Shown here: positions 34,425 through 46,182 of the stretch, in pieces
Layout of the letters: each line of letters begins with the position of its first letter
Position numbering within the stretch: the first letter of the stretch is position 1
Assembly (NCBI GenBank): GCA_031423995.1
Contig: JANPGO010000011.1
Coordinates: 1 to 50,908 of the forward strand
Direction of reading: 5' to 3'
Origin: Candidatus Altimarinota bacterium
GTDB lineage: Bacteria > Patescibacteriota > Gracilibacteria > BD1-5 > UBA2023
Length of the DNA stretch: 50,908 nt
The notes under the pieces: model-generated
The model's database searches: none
What the model was told of the DNA's origin: nothing
What the model saw: only the letters and a program-made list of their open reading frames with translations
Position numbers and translations under genes: made by a program

Positions 34425-34853
34425 TTATCCGATCAATTTCAGTTCTCACTCAATCTTCTCGAGGTCATTCTGCGCATCTTGGTCATCAGGATTCTCTTCG
34501 AGATAGTCACTGAGATATGTCTTCGAGCTTTCGAGAGACTGTCGTTTTATGGATTTTTCTGCTTCAGTCTGTCGTTTCTCGAGACGGCGTTTCTCATATT
34601 TCTCGAGATCAACACCTTCGGGAAGATGACGAGTATCAGCAGGAAGTGAGGGGAGTATCGAGCCACGACCGGTGAGAAGTGTATCTCACCAGAGTCACCA
34701 CGGATTCCAGAAATTCTGGAAGAGTCGAGTAGAGTCATACTCTGGATTGTCCCCGATGAACTTCTGACTATCATCATAGTCATCGAAATCCTTCTGGAAT
34801 GTATGAATTTTCCCATTCATATTCGAACGGGAGACGATGCGTCATTTGAACAT
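34425..34853 (-). CDS. Hypothetical acidic protein (142 aa)
   Basis: The frame was verified from ATG 34853 to TAA 34425 with four TGAs. The track ORF 34547..34816 is out of frame with it. Confidence 0.6.
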
Positions 34854-35040
34854 AGGTGAAAAAGTGAGAGAATATAGATATGCCTTTTGCAATGCCTACA
34901 TCTCTCCATTGGTTGTATAAAACCGAGATGAAGAAATTCAAACTAGCACATAAGCTATATATCTGCCAAAGAATAATTCAAGAATAATTTATCATATTAG
35001 TGATAAATATACTTGCATATTTATCAAATTTTATTATAAA

Positions 35041-35063
35041 AAAATCCCCTCTAGGGGATTTTC
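35041..35063 (-). terminator. Rho-independent terminator (minus strand)
   Basis: AATCCCCT-CT-AGGGGATT hairpin followed by T7 on the minus strand. Confidence 0.55.
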
Positions 35064-35303
35064 GTATAAATCAGGCTAAAGCTAGGCAACATTTCCTCCA
35101 TTCGTATCAGAGGCAACATTTCCTCCAGATATATCCGAAGACATATTTCATAGAATCAATAAGTAACTAAGGAGAACTCAAAACAGTATTTTTGCTTTCA
35201 TATATATTTATTTTAAGAGTAAAGCATGTATATGATACAATATATCTTTATATATGTCAATATATTGTACTGTTAATATTATTTATTTGCGTATTCAAAT
35301 CCA

Positions 35304-37211
35304 ATGACTGTAACTGCTGATAACACACATTACCTGGAACAAGCACAAGATTTGCCGGAATGATTGGATGTAATCCCAACTTTTTTATCATTCTGAGATG
35401 CAAAAGTAACTGTTTCTAAGTATGCATCTATCATAGGAGGTACAGTTGCAACTCAACACCAGAATGGTGTTAATGATCTTAGAAATGCTCTAGAATCTGC
35501 TACAACAGCGCCACTTCCTGTACCACAATCTGGAATCCTTGATGAACTTGATAGAATTGTATCATTGGCTCAAAGAATCAACTGGACAAACAGCCCATGA
35601 ACATATACCCTATTGAAACCTGAAGTTACAGAAATATTTTGATTAATAAATGAATTCTGGAGGGAAATAATGACAAGAAGAGATGATCAAAATTTTATCG
35701 AATGTCTAAGGGGAAAAAACGGAATGAATTTTATCGCTTTGATGAATAATTTCTGACGGTATCTTGCAGTGACGGAAAATGAAGATCATGCATATTTATT
35801 CTTTCGATGATCAATTGATCTTGCTCGTTATCTCCGAGCAAGACAATTTTGTTTTGATGCATACGTGAATATTCTAACCTGTTTACCCAAACGATTCCAT
35901 CCAAGAAATACTGATCAACACATAGATGCATTAGAAGAATTTGCTCATGATGCGAATACTTGATTCTATTCAAAAGAGCCAGAATTTATTCAGACAGATG
36001 ATTGATCAAAAGCATTCCAGAGAAAAGATGCTGCTGAGAGAAGAATGAAGTGACTCAGAAATATACATTCAATAGAGATACTTCGGTTGCTCTCTTTCTT
36101 CAGAGTTGATTCAGAATTTGATATATTTAGTGAAGATTTTAGTCGTAATGTTGAAGCATTTGAGGATGTTAAAGCAACATTTACGTCATCTTTTAGGAGT
36201 CCTGATAGTCCATCCAATTGACTTATATTGGCCGATGGCAGAGTCCTTCCAGTGAATATCGGGTGAACTTTCGATATACATATGGCAGAATCACTCGCTT
36301 CTATAGAATTACAAATTGCCAAAGCAATACAATTAGCAAAGGGTAGAAATAACTTACCTGCTCTATTATCAAAATATGTATCTCATTCTTTCTGGACGAA
36401 TTATCAATCAGAAGATATATCAACGCGGACGATCATTTTTTCAAAGCCATTTGTACAAGTATTTTCTGAGCGATATTTCATGCAGGCTCTTGCTCATGCA
36501 GTTTCATTTAGTGCTGACGGGGATTCAGTTAGAGAATTCAATATTTTCAAAGAAGAAGTTATATATATGATAGTACAGGCTATTGCATGATATCCTGACG
36601 CTAGTGTATGAGATTCCAATGCCGCGGTATGAAATACACTTTATGATTATTTTACACTACATAAAACTGATCCAGCTGTCTTACTTTTTTTAGGCAACGT
36701 ATTACCTTGAATAAGAAGTGCAGCTGAATATTTCAGGACGTATCTAGTGAAGAATGCGAGAAGAATAGTATCAGATGCTATCACAAAGATTGTGGGTGCT
36801 CGATGATGGACAATTACTGTACATGGTATACCACTTATTATTTCATGAAGAATTCAATCTTGATCATACCAAAGAATTCGTATGGATGAAGATTATTGAC
36901 TCGAGATAAATATTTCATGACCAGAAAAACTTAATAAAATAGTCTCTAACTGTCTTGTACAGCCAGCACTTACGAGATGGATCCTCAATCTAATGGCAGA
37001 AGAACATAAGGCTCTGCTTAATAAGGCAATTAAACATTCAAAAAGTATTGCTAAAACAATAGATATTGCTTGTCAATGAGCTAATCGATTGCTAGCCCAT
37101 CTTGATTTTCCATGAAGTGAAAAATTGAGGAAAACAATTTTAGCAATTTCAACGAATGTTTGAGCATTATCAAGATGAGAACCACCAGTGAGAGGCGATA
37201 TTGATGAATAA
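35304..37211 (+). CDS. Hypothetical A+T-rich orphan protein (635 aa)
   Basis: Frame 3 is continuous from ATG 35304 through ORF 36282..36590 to TAA 37209 with many TGAs. 35304-36284 was checked codon by codon; the rest was checked against the sequence lines. No motif recognised. Confidence 0.65.
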
Positions 37212-37332
37212 AACTTAGTATAAAACAAATTACTTCTCACTAGATCATTAACCTTCCCGATACATCCCTTCGAGACAATCGAGAAGCAATATCTACAAAT
37301 CTAGTTCATAGAAAAGTCACAGAAAATAAAAA

Positions 37333-37360
37333 ATATACCGAATGATTTCGGTATATTTTT
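37333..37360 (+). terminator. Rho-independent terminator
   Basis: ATATACCGAA-TGAT-TTCGGTATAT hairpin followed by TTTT. Confidence 0.65.
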
Positions 37361-37700
37361 CGAAGTGAATGTATTGATAAGGGAATCAGTATCGAGAATC
37401 TAAACTGAGAAATATGACAGTTACTTGCGGCCCTTCATTGAGACATAGAAAAAGCTGAAAAATTTCAACAAAGGCTGAGTAAGGATGATAATACAATTTT
37501 TGAAGGTATGTGATCAGTGCCTCAATCCGATGAGTGATTAATCCGATGATTACTCAAGGAAAAAAAGGGGTTAATACTTATAAAACTCCGTAAAATAAAA
37601 CAGTACTTATCTTCTATAAATACAGTAACCGCATAAGTTTCGTTTCCATTTTTCCACTTTTTCCATATACTCTCTCTGTTATTTCCAAATTCTCCTCACT

Positions 37701-38216
37701 ATGTACTATACACTCGCTGTCACATTCACGACTGACCGACTCCGTGCTCTCCAGAATCTGATCAAGAAGATTGATGCAGAGGCACAGGAAGGTGGCATCC
37801 CTGATCAACGTATCATGGATATGCGGCTCACAGCAGATATGTTCCCATTCTCTCGTCAAGTACAGATTGCCACAGATAATGCTAAAGGGATGGCATCTCG
37901 ACTTGCCGGGAAGGAGACGCCGAACTATGAAGACAAGGAATCAAGTCTTGCAGAGCTCACTGAGCGACTCGAGAAGACAATCAACTATCTCAATTCACTT
38001 ACAGAGGATGACTTTGCTGGTGCTGAACAGCGAGAAGCACGCTTCCCATGGTTTCCTGATATGCATATGAAGGGGGGTGGATACCTCCTCTCCTATGCAA
38101 TCCCGAACTTCATGTTCCATGTCACGACTGCCTATGCGATCCTCAGACATCATGGATTCGAAGTTGGCAAGAGTGACTTCCTCGGAACCCTTCCTCTCAT
38201 TCCTGATGCAAAATAA
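37701..38216 (+). CDS. DUF1993-like protein
   Basis: Uninterrupted 171-aa track ORF. The family assignment is from overall sequence resemblance only. Confidence 0.7.
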   Translation: MYYTLAVTFTTDRLRALQNLIKKIDAEAQEGGIPDQRIMDMRLTADMFPFSRQVQIATDNAKGMASRLAGKETPNYEDKESSLAELTERLEKTINYLNSLTEDDFAGAEQREARFPWFPDMHMKGGGYLLSYAIPNFMFHVTTAYAILRHHGFEVGKSDFLGTLPLIPDAK

Positions 38217-38223
38217 TACACCT

Positions 38224-39159
38224 ATGCAACGCTACGCTCTCACTGTTAATGATCTCAAGAAAGTCTATACCAATGGAACAATTGCCCTTCGAGGAATCAC
38301 CTTTCATATTGAGAAGGGTGATTTTTTCGCGCTCCTTGGCCCGAATGGGGCAGGGAAGTCGACAACAATCGGCATCATCTCCTGACTCGTGAACAAGACG
38401 AGCGGACATGTCGTCATCGGAGGTCATGACCTCGATACCGCTGGAGCGGATGCTCGACTCGGAGTCGGGATTGTACCACAGGAATTCAACTTCGGAATAT
38501 TCGAAAAGGTCTATGATATTGTCCTCGCCCAGGCAGGATACTATGGGATCGCCCCAAACATTGCTGCTCCTCGAGTCGAGAAATACCTCACGGCTCTCGG
38601 ACTCTGGGAGAAGCGAGATGTCCAAGCTCGGATGCTCTCCTGAGGGATGAAGCGACGACTCATGATCGCTCGTGCCCTCGTGCATGAGCCAGAACTCCTC
38701 ATCCTCGATGAACCGACCGCAGGAGTCGATCTCGAGCTCCGACATGGAATGTACGAATTCCTCCGTGAACTGAATGCTTCCGGAAAGACGATCATCCTCA
38801 CGACACATTACCTCGAAGAGGCAGAATCACTCTGTCGCAATATGGCGATCATCGATAAGGGGGAGATCGTGAAATATGGACCGATTCGCGAACTTCTCGC
38901 TTCTATGGAGGATGAGGTCATCACGATCGATCTCGATCGATCATATAGTGGATCAACACTTGGTGAATATCATCCAGTGCATCTCGAGAACGCTGTCGAT
39001 CTCACAGTCTCCTCACATCATACGCTTGACAGAGCGATCCAAATGCTCCAAAGTGAATGATACAAGATCCGAACTATGAAGCCAAAAAGTGGAAGACTCG
39101 AAGAGTTCTTCCTCAAGAGTACTCAAGAAAGTGGAAATCTTCTCGGACAAAAGGCATAG
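38224..39159 (+). CDS. ABC transporter ATP-binding protein (ABC-2 exporter type)
   Basis: Walker A GPNGAGKST, signature LSGGMKRRL (first Gly is TGA), Walker B LLILDEPT and H-loop TTH. Ends at TAG 39157. Confidence 0.9.
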
Positions 39160-39184
39160 TCTCTCCAAGAGTAAACTATTTCCT

Positions 39185-39712
39185 ATGAATACTGTCTCTC
39201 TGGATCAAGTATCACCACTGCAGAGAAAACTCATTGGAGCGGTGTGTATTGTTTCTGGTCTGAGTATCATACTGGTTGCTTGTGGAATTATCCCGGTCGA
39301 CCCGAGTCGGATCTATGTCCCACTCTGGGTACTCGGTGTCTCTGGACTTGCCTTTCTGGTTGTCGGAATTATGGCATTGATATTCTGAAGTCTTTTGAGA
39401 AGAGGATCGAACATCTTCTGAGCAATCATACTGATACTTTTTTGTAGTATTGCCTGATGGATTGCTTTCTGACCATGACCTCGGGTGTTCAATGGAGGGT
39501 CTGTGAGTCCATTGGTTGGTCGGATGGTGTTCGGATTGAGTACATTTATCCTCTTCTTCCTCGCATCGTGGGCAGGTGCTCTCACATATAGGAATGAGCC
39601 AGAAGAGTCAGAGAAAACGGTTGAGCTTCCGAATTGAGTTCTAATAGTCCTACTGATTGCAGTCATCACGGAAATTATTGTCTTTCGAAACTTTCTCCTT
39701 CCCGATGGATAG
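39185..39712 (+). CDS. Multi-pass membrane protein (175 aa)
   Basis: ATG 39185 lies within ORF 39089..39388 and continues in frame 2 through TGAs to TAG 39710, verified. Confidence 0.55.
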
Positions 39713-39727
39713 TGGAGTTTTTAGAAA

Positions 39728-40597
39728 CTATATCTGCTCCATCACAATCGACTCTTTCGGTATGAATTGATCATGATTCATCTTGAAAAGTCTATCTGTA
39801 AGCTGTTTATAATTTGTCTCAATCTGTACTTGAGTCTCGTTATCGAGCAATCATTTCATCGATGAATTATAAAGTCATATAACGTATTCTAGAAAATCAG
39901 TTCTTGATTGTATCCATGCTTTATTTCGCGTTTTATCCATTCATTCCTCATCATAGTAGTTATCACTTTCCGCCATCCAATACTCCCATCAAGATAGAAG
40001 ACAGCCACAAACATCAGCGAAGACGAGGAGTTTCTCTTCAACTGTTTTTGGTTCATATGGACGATAGAGGGGGCTATCCAGTGTGACTATAGGAGGTCTC
40101 TGGTGGGAAGAAGTACTGAGAATAAGTCGATATAGTCTTCAGAAATCACTATCTTTTATTCTCTTGCTGGCTCCTCGGAAGTCTTTCCGTAAAAGTAAGA
40201 GAGCGTATTCTTCATTCGATTTTGAGTCTCATTTAATTACCTCCTGACGATACTTTTTTCCTACGTGTCCATCATCATGCCGAAATGCTGCTTCGAGCAT
40301 CAAGATCTTCATCCGATCATTGATAGATACTGGATCTTTCAGGTGACTGAGAAGATATGATAGACGGCCATGAACATCGAAATGATGTTCAAGTGTATGG
40401 AGTTTTCATGGGAGTTGCCTGTGTCTATTGAGTACTTTTTCGTGCTGAGTGCTGAGGATTTTGAGGAGATTACCTTCTGTATGACTTGCCCCAAGTACTG
40501 TCTGCGTTCTCATCGCTATTCGACCTAAAAGATCTGAAGATTCAGACATTCAGTCGATAGGTTGAAGATGTATACTTTCTTCAGCGTGTTCTCACAT
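39728..40597 (-). CDS. HD-domain phosphohydrolase-like protein
   Basis: LEAAFRHDDGH motif. The frame was scanned line by line with no TAA or TAG between 40597 and 39730. ATG 40549 is an alternative start. Confidence 0.7.
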
Positions 40598-40663
40598 ACA
40601 GTGAGTCTAGCAGAAATCGCAAAAAAGAGCAATAAATGAGCCAACTTCCAAGACTTCATTCTT

Positions 40664-42403
40664 CTATTTTGAATTTTCACTCAATCGTTTCGGTGGTTGC
40701 GGAACAAATGGTTTTGGATTCACCTTCTTTGCTCGAGGTGAACGAGTCCTCTCAGGCTTATCTCAGTCTATTCTTTCTGACTTCTTCTGTTGTTCACTCT
40801 GAGTTGCTGCAAGCGCCTTGTTCTTGCTCCAGCTTCGCTCTGCACGTTTATTGATCCGTTGTGGCTTTGCATCCTTCTCACTATCAGTATCTTTTCATTC
40901 TTTCTTTCCAGAATAGAAGGAATTTTTTTTCTGTTCCCATGGCTTCCCAGTTGGTGATTTTTTCTGAGTATCCTTTTCCCAATAGGCATACTTCTTCTCT
41001 GGAACTGATCATTTCGGAGCACCCTTGTTCTCGCTTCTCTCAGGACGAGGATGTCAGAATGATGATTTCTCCTTTTTCTCAAATGATTTTGGTGATCTCT
41101 CAGATTTCGGAAACGTTCCTCATTCTTTTTTCTCTGTATATCTTCGAGATGGTTCGCTCTGTGGTCGAGCAGTTCGTTCTTCTCTCTGAGAAAATCATTT
41201 CTCTTGTGGATTTCCTCGAGGATTTGATCGTGTATTTTGAGGCTTTAAAATCTTCACAGGATGCTCATCCTGAAGCGGGAATGGATGGTTATTGACTACT
41301 GGAACTTTCTTCGCTATGAGACTTTCGATATCACGGAGGTATTCGCGCTCTTCACTGTCACAAAATGATATTGCCGTTCACTTGGCACCCGCTCGTCCTG
41401 TCCGTCCGATACGATGCACATAGGTCTCAGCAATATTCGGTATCTCATAATTGATCACGTATTCGAGCTCATCGATATCGATCCCACGAGCCGCGATATC
41501 CGTCGCGACGAGAACACGAGTGGTCTGTGCCTTGAAGTTCGCGAGGGCTCGCTGACGAGCATTCTGCCCCTTGTTCCCGTGTATTGCCTCAGCGATAATC
41601 CCATGTTCCGTGAGCATGCGGACGACCTTGTCAGCTCCATGTTTGGTCCGAGTGAAGACGAGAACGGTCTTGATATTCTGATCCTCAAGGAGGTGTTTGA
41701 GGAGGTGATTCTTATTGAGGCGATCGACATAGTAGATCTCCTGCTTGATCACTTCGACGGTCGAAGAGACAGGAGTGACGGTCACTTTCGATGGTTTCTG
41801 GAGAATCGTCTCAGCGAGCTTCACAATCTCAGGAGGCATCGTCGCTGAGAAAAAAAGTGATTGGCGTTTTTTCGGGAGCATGGTGATCAGTTTCTTCACG
41901 TCATGAATAAATCCCATATCGAGCATACGATCCGCTTCATCGAGAACAAAGATCTCGATATCAGCGAGAGAAATATGCTTCTGACCGATGAGATCCATGA
42001 GGCGTCCTGGCGTCGCAATCAATATATCAATCCCTGCATCGAGCGTATTCACTTGAGCAAACTGTCCGACTCCACCGAAGATGACTGTCGAACGAAGTGA
42101 AGTATACCGTCCATATGCTCGAAAACTTTCCTGAATCTGTACAGCGAGTTCACGAGTGGGAGTGAGGATAAGGGAGCGGATTTTTCTCTTCTTCTCAGTT
42201 CGTGGAGTAGCGTTCAGGAGCTGAATAATCGGGAGTGCAAATGCTGCCGTCTTCCCAGTTCCTGTCTGTGCGCAGCCAAGAAGATCAGTTCACTCGAGGA
42301 TGATGGGAATAGATTGTTCCTGAATAGGAGTGGGGGAAGTATATCACTCTTCGGCAAGGGACTTCAGAATCGGTTCGATCAGGTTCAAATCAGTGAATTG
42401 CAT
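40664..42403 (-). CDS. DEAD-box ATP-dependent RNA helicase with a long K/E/R-rich C-terminal tail
   Basis: Q motif (GYTSPTPIQ), [21 protein letters not shown] and [10 protein letters not shown]. The tail frame was verified codon by codon to TAG 40664. Confidence 0.9.
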
Positions 42404-43206
42404 GGAGAAAAGAGAGGAAAAGTAAGAAGGACAAAAGTCCTCAAGGAATGGAAGAGCGCGGATATTACTGAGAAATCGGGAAATAGCGAATCTGATTTCT
42501 TCAGAAATGTTTCTGTACTTGAATCAGTATCGCTATGTGAATGAGTAAAATTCTATCCGTTCTCCAGGATCGTTCTCTGACCCACAGGGAAGAAAGAAGG
42601 TTTCAGAAAGTTTTTTGCTCAGATTGAAATGAGTTCATGCTCTTTTTGGACAACGAGAAGTGTTTTTTGAGTACATGATTGTCTTTCATATAAGACTATC
42701 AGGAAGATCTTCACTCGTCGGGACGATATAGGATCAGAGGTATTGATTCTCCCCATTGTATACTTCGATCTGACTCACTGCTCTACATGATTCACTGACC
42801 AGATGCGTTGAAAGAAGGATCTTCAGCGTTCTTTGTTTTGACTGAACCTTTCCGAGGTAGGTCGCACTGGTTCTGGTACAATCTGCATCTCAAAAAGGAG
42901 ATGGATATGAGAATTGTTTTCCTATGTTTCTCTCTTTCAGTATGCGTCGTTCGAACCTGAGAAATGAAGAATAGGATTTTTCCTCCCTCGATACTCAGAG
43001 TGAGAAACAAGATCAAGTAGATCCTCAGAGGAACATGAAGAGTATCACGAAGGAAATTGTCTGAGAGAAATGGAATCTCATATATTCTTGGGTAAATATT
43101 CTTTGCAAAAATAGTCATTTCATCACATCTGGATCGAATATATCTTGAATAGGAAGAATTCAATCATAAGAATAATCCTTTATTTTGCAAATTCACGCGA
43201 TTTCTC

Positions 43207-43212
43207 TATAAT
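43207..43212 (+). promoter_or_regulatory. TATAAT box upstream of the ABC-2 permease gene
   Basis: Exact TATAAT 24 nt upstream of ATG 43237. Confidence 0.3.
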
Positions 43213-43236
43213 CCACTCGAAATAAACTCTCTCCCC

Positions 43237-44010
43237 ATGAATCCTGAGCAACTCTTCGTCTCGTATATGACCATCGTCCGCAAGGAAGTCACTCGATTTC
43301 TGCGTGTCTGGAAACAGACAATCGTTCCACCAGTGATCACTACGACGCTCTACTATGTGATATTCTGACAATTTATCGGTTCCAAGATCAGTACTGGTAC
43401 TTGAGTACCCTATATTGTCTTCATCGTTCCATGACTCGTGATGATGTCACTCATCATGAACTCATTTTCCCACGTTGTCTCTTCTTTCTACATGGCAAAA
43501 TTCCAGAAGACCATCGAGGAGATTCTCGTTTCTCCAACTCCATACTGGGTCATCATCCTCGGATTCATCACCGGTGGAGTGATCCGTGGTATGGTCACAG
43601 GGAGTATTGTGCTCGGGATTGCATTCTTCTTCACACACTTTCACTTTGCACATATTGGACTCATGCTCCTCTTTGCACTCCTCACATCACTGCTTTTTTC
43701 TCTCGTTGGACTCCTGAATGGACTTATCGCAGATAGTTTCGATTCTACATCGATTATTCCGAATTTCGTCCTTACACCACTGACGTATCTCGGATGAGTA
43801 TTCTATTCTGTGACAATGCTCCCTCCTCTATGGCAGCTCGTTTCTCATGCTAACCCGATCCTCTATATGGTGGATGGATTTCGTTTCGCGGTGCATGGGT
43901 ACTCCGATATCGCTCCTGGAACATCATTTCTCGTCCTCATATCGTGCAATATCATATGTTTTCTCGTTATCTGGTATTGGTTCGCGAAAGGGAAAGGAGT
44001 GAGGACATAG
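43237..44010 (+). CDS. ABC-2 type transporter permease
   Basis: Six hydrophobic segments. ORFs 43438..43797 and 43810..44010 join in frame 1 with ATG 43237. Confidence 0.8.
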
Positions 44011-44151
44011 AAGTAGCTGATAGATCATAGCAAATAGTAGGCAGATGGAGGATGGAGGATAGTCAAAGTACTTGTATTCTCTCGGATGATACATATACTG
44101 AGCATCAGTGAATCTACTATAAAAATTTCTTTATTTCTTCACGTTCTGAAT

Positions 44152-44529
44152 ATGACAATCGCTTATTGGTGTGTCTTGGTCGCAATTCTCCTCCCCTATG
44201 TCTGGTTCGCTATAGCAAACAAGCAGGCGAAAAAACCTCGGAACAATGAAGAGCCACGGGATTTTCTGATAACGGTCGAGGGGATGGCACGCCGTGCTTT
44301 CGGTGCACACCTCAATAGCTTCGAAGCTAATATTGGCTTCATTGCTGGAGTAATCATCGCTTCTCTTGTCCATGCTCCGCAGATGCGTATCGATATTTTA
44401 GCAATCATCTACGTGATAGTTCGGGTATTGCATGGATATTTCTATATAACTGGCAAGGGCACTCTGCGCTCGATCATGTTTGGTATCGGATTCGTAGCAA
44501 CAATAGGATTCTTTGTTATCAGTATGTAG
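44152..44529 (+). CDS. MAPEG-family membrane protein
   Basis: An internal ATG of track ORF 44086..44529. About 125 aa with four hydrophobic helices. Confidence 0.65.
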   Translation: MTIAYWCVLVAILLPYVWFAIANKQAKKPRNNEEPRDFLITVEGMARRAFGAHLNSFEANIGFIAGVIIASLVHAPQMRIDILAIIYVIVRVLHGYFYITGKGTLRSIMFGIGFVATIGFFVISM

Positions 44530-44618
44530 TTCTTAATAATCTAGTATTGGTTTACGAAGAGAAAGTGGGCAAGAGGATGTAAAGTTATAAAAAAGAGACT
44601 TACTGTAAGGCTCTTTTT

Positions 44619-45239
44619 TTACTTCTTCCAAATATAGCGTATAAATCTCCGATCGAGCCAAGCAATCGCTCCCGGGATGAGGCTGAAGAATACCGGAATA
44701 ATGAAGAAGAGAAAGGATATAGTCGGCTGAACATATGCGAGAATCATCGCTATGAGTGTACAAAAGAGTGGGAAATAGATGCGTATCTTCCCATAGCGAG
44801 CATCCTCCTGAGTCACGATCGAGAGGTCTGTCTCGGGATGAGCGTAGATGATATGTCGCATCCAGAGTATCGAGAGGATGATCGAGATGATATTCCCACC
44901 GTAGATAGATATCGCGAGTGGATCACTGATATATCGTCCGAGGAGATTAGCTGAGAAGGGAAGCAGTGAGAGAAGGACGAGAAAGAGGATATTCACGATC
45001 ACGAGGTGACGGCTGATATGCTTCGCAAATATCGTGATGAAGTAGTGGTGTGAGAACCAGTAGGTCGTGAGGGTCGAGCAGACGAGTGCATAGGCAAAAA
45101 ATGTCGGCAGACTCGCAGAGAGACTCTCGACGAGTGAGGCATGAGTACCACTCTCAGGGATCTTCAGATCGATGACGAGGAGGGTGAGGATGATCGCGAA
45201 GACGGCATCCGTGAGATTCTCGAGGCGCGATTTATTCAT
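44619..45239 (-). CDS. TMEM175-like (DUF1211) potassium channel family protein
   Basis: The N-terminal SRLENLTDAVFAIILTLLV matches the family RxxxFSD-type helix-1 signature. Uninterrupted 206-aa ORF. Confidence 0.75.
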   Translation of the reverse strand: MNKSRLENLTDAVFAIILTLLVIDLKIPESGTHASLVESLSASLPTFFAYALVCSTLTTYWFSHHYFITIFAKHISRHLVIVNILFLVLLSLLPFSANLLGRYISDPLAISIYGGNIISIILSILWMRHIIYAHPETDLSIVTQEDARYGKIRIYFPLFCTLIAMILAYVQPTISFLFFIIPVFFSLIPGAIAWLDRRFIRYIWKK

Positions 45240-45247
45240 GATTTCGA

Positions 45248-46021
45248 TTACTTATTGCGTACATAGATGAGCTTGTATCGACTCTTTCCATCATTTCGTT
45301 CCATGATTTCGAAAGTTTCTGTCGAGGCAAGGAGGGGGGTGAGCTTGTTGAAACCATAATTGCGTGGATCAAAGTTCGGTTGCTTCTTCTGCAGGAGTCC
45401 ACCGACATCGCCGAGAAATGCCCACCCATCATCATCGGCAATATCAGAGATCGTATCAGAGATGAGTTCGATCACTTCTGGGGTGACAGTGTCGAGCTGA
45501 GGAGCAAGTGGCTCGAGTTCGCTGAAGGGTATGATTTTTTCCCCGTTTTTCGGTTTCTTTTCTTTTGCAATAGTTTCTTTTATGGGTTTTTTGAGGATCT
45601 CAATGTAGATGAATTTATCGCAGGCAACGATAAATGGCTTTGGAGTCTTTTTTTCACCGATTCCATAGACCTTCATCCCTGCTTCTCGGAGTCGTGTCGC
45701 GAGACGAGTGAAGTCAGAATCACTCGAGACGAGGCAAAATCCATCCACTTTCTCTCAGTAGAGAACATCCATGGCATCGATGATCATGGCTGAGTCCGTC
45801 GCATTTTTCCCGGTCGTATAGCCATACTGCTGGATCGGAGTGATCGCGTTCTCGAGGAGGAGATCCTTCCACTTCGTGAGTCCAGGACGCGTCCAGTCTC
45901 AGTATATTCTCTTGATCGTCGGGTTTCCATATTTCGCAATCTCTTCCATCATTTCCTTGATATAGGCTGATGGTATATTATCACCATCGATGAGTACTGC
46001 GAGTCGAACTTCAGTGTCCAT
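45248..46021 (-). CDS. NYN-domain (LabA/DUF88-like) protein with a C-terminal OST-HTH/LOTUS-like region
   Basis: VLIDGDN..., SAMIIDAMD and LVSSDSDFTRLATRLRE. ATG 46021 joins ORF 45248..45748 through two TGAs. Confidence 0.75.
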
Positions 46022-46182
46022 GGGGGAGAAGGTTAGGGTGTGATAAGTTGGAAGGTTGGAACGATTGAATCTTGGAATCTTCGAAGGTTGGGAGAGGAAA
46101 GATGCTGGAACTTTTCTCGAGAAAAAGAGAATGGATACAGAAAGAGTATTGAAAACTCCGAGGAAATCAATATATTCATCGC

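Noticed and set aside
34547-34816. An 89-aa minus-strand track ORF in the 34.4-34.9 kb gene.
   Set aside because: A different frame runs from ATG 34853 to TAA 34425 with four TGA=Gly and gives a coherent acidic, coiled-coil-like protein. The track ORF is the out-of-frame alternative.
40768-41082. A 104-aa minus-strand track ORF inside the helicase tail region, and plus-strand ORFs 40636..40854 and 40861..41295.
   Set aside because: The helicase frame was followed codon by codon from the [10 protein letters not shown] motif to TAG 40664. The other ORFs are alternative frames of the same low-complexity K/E/R-rich DNA.
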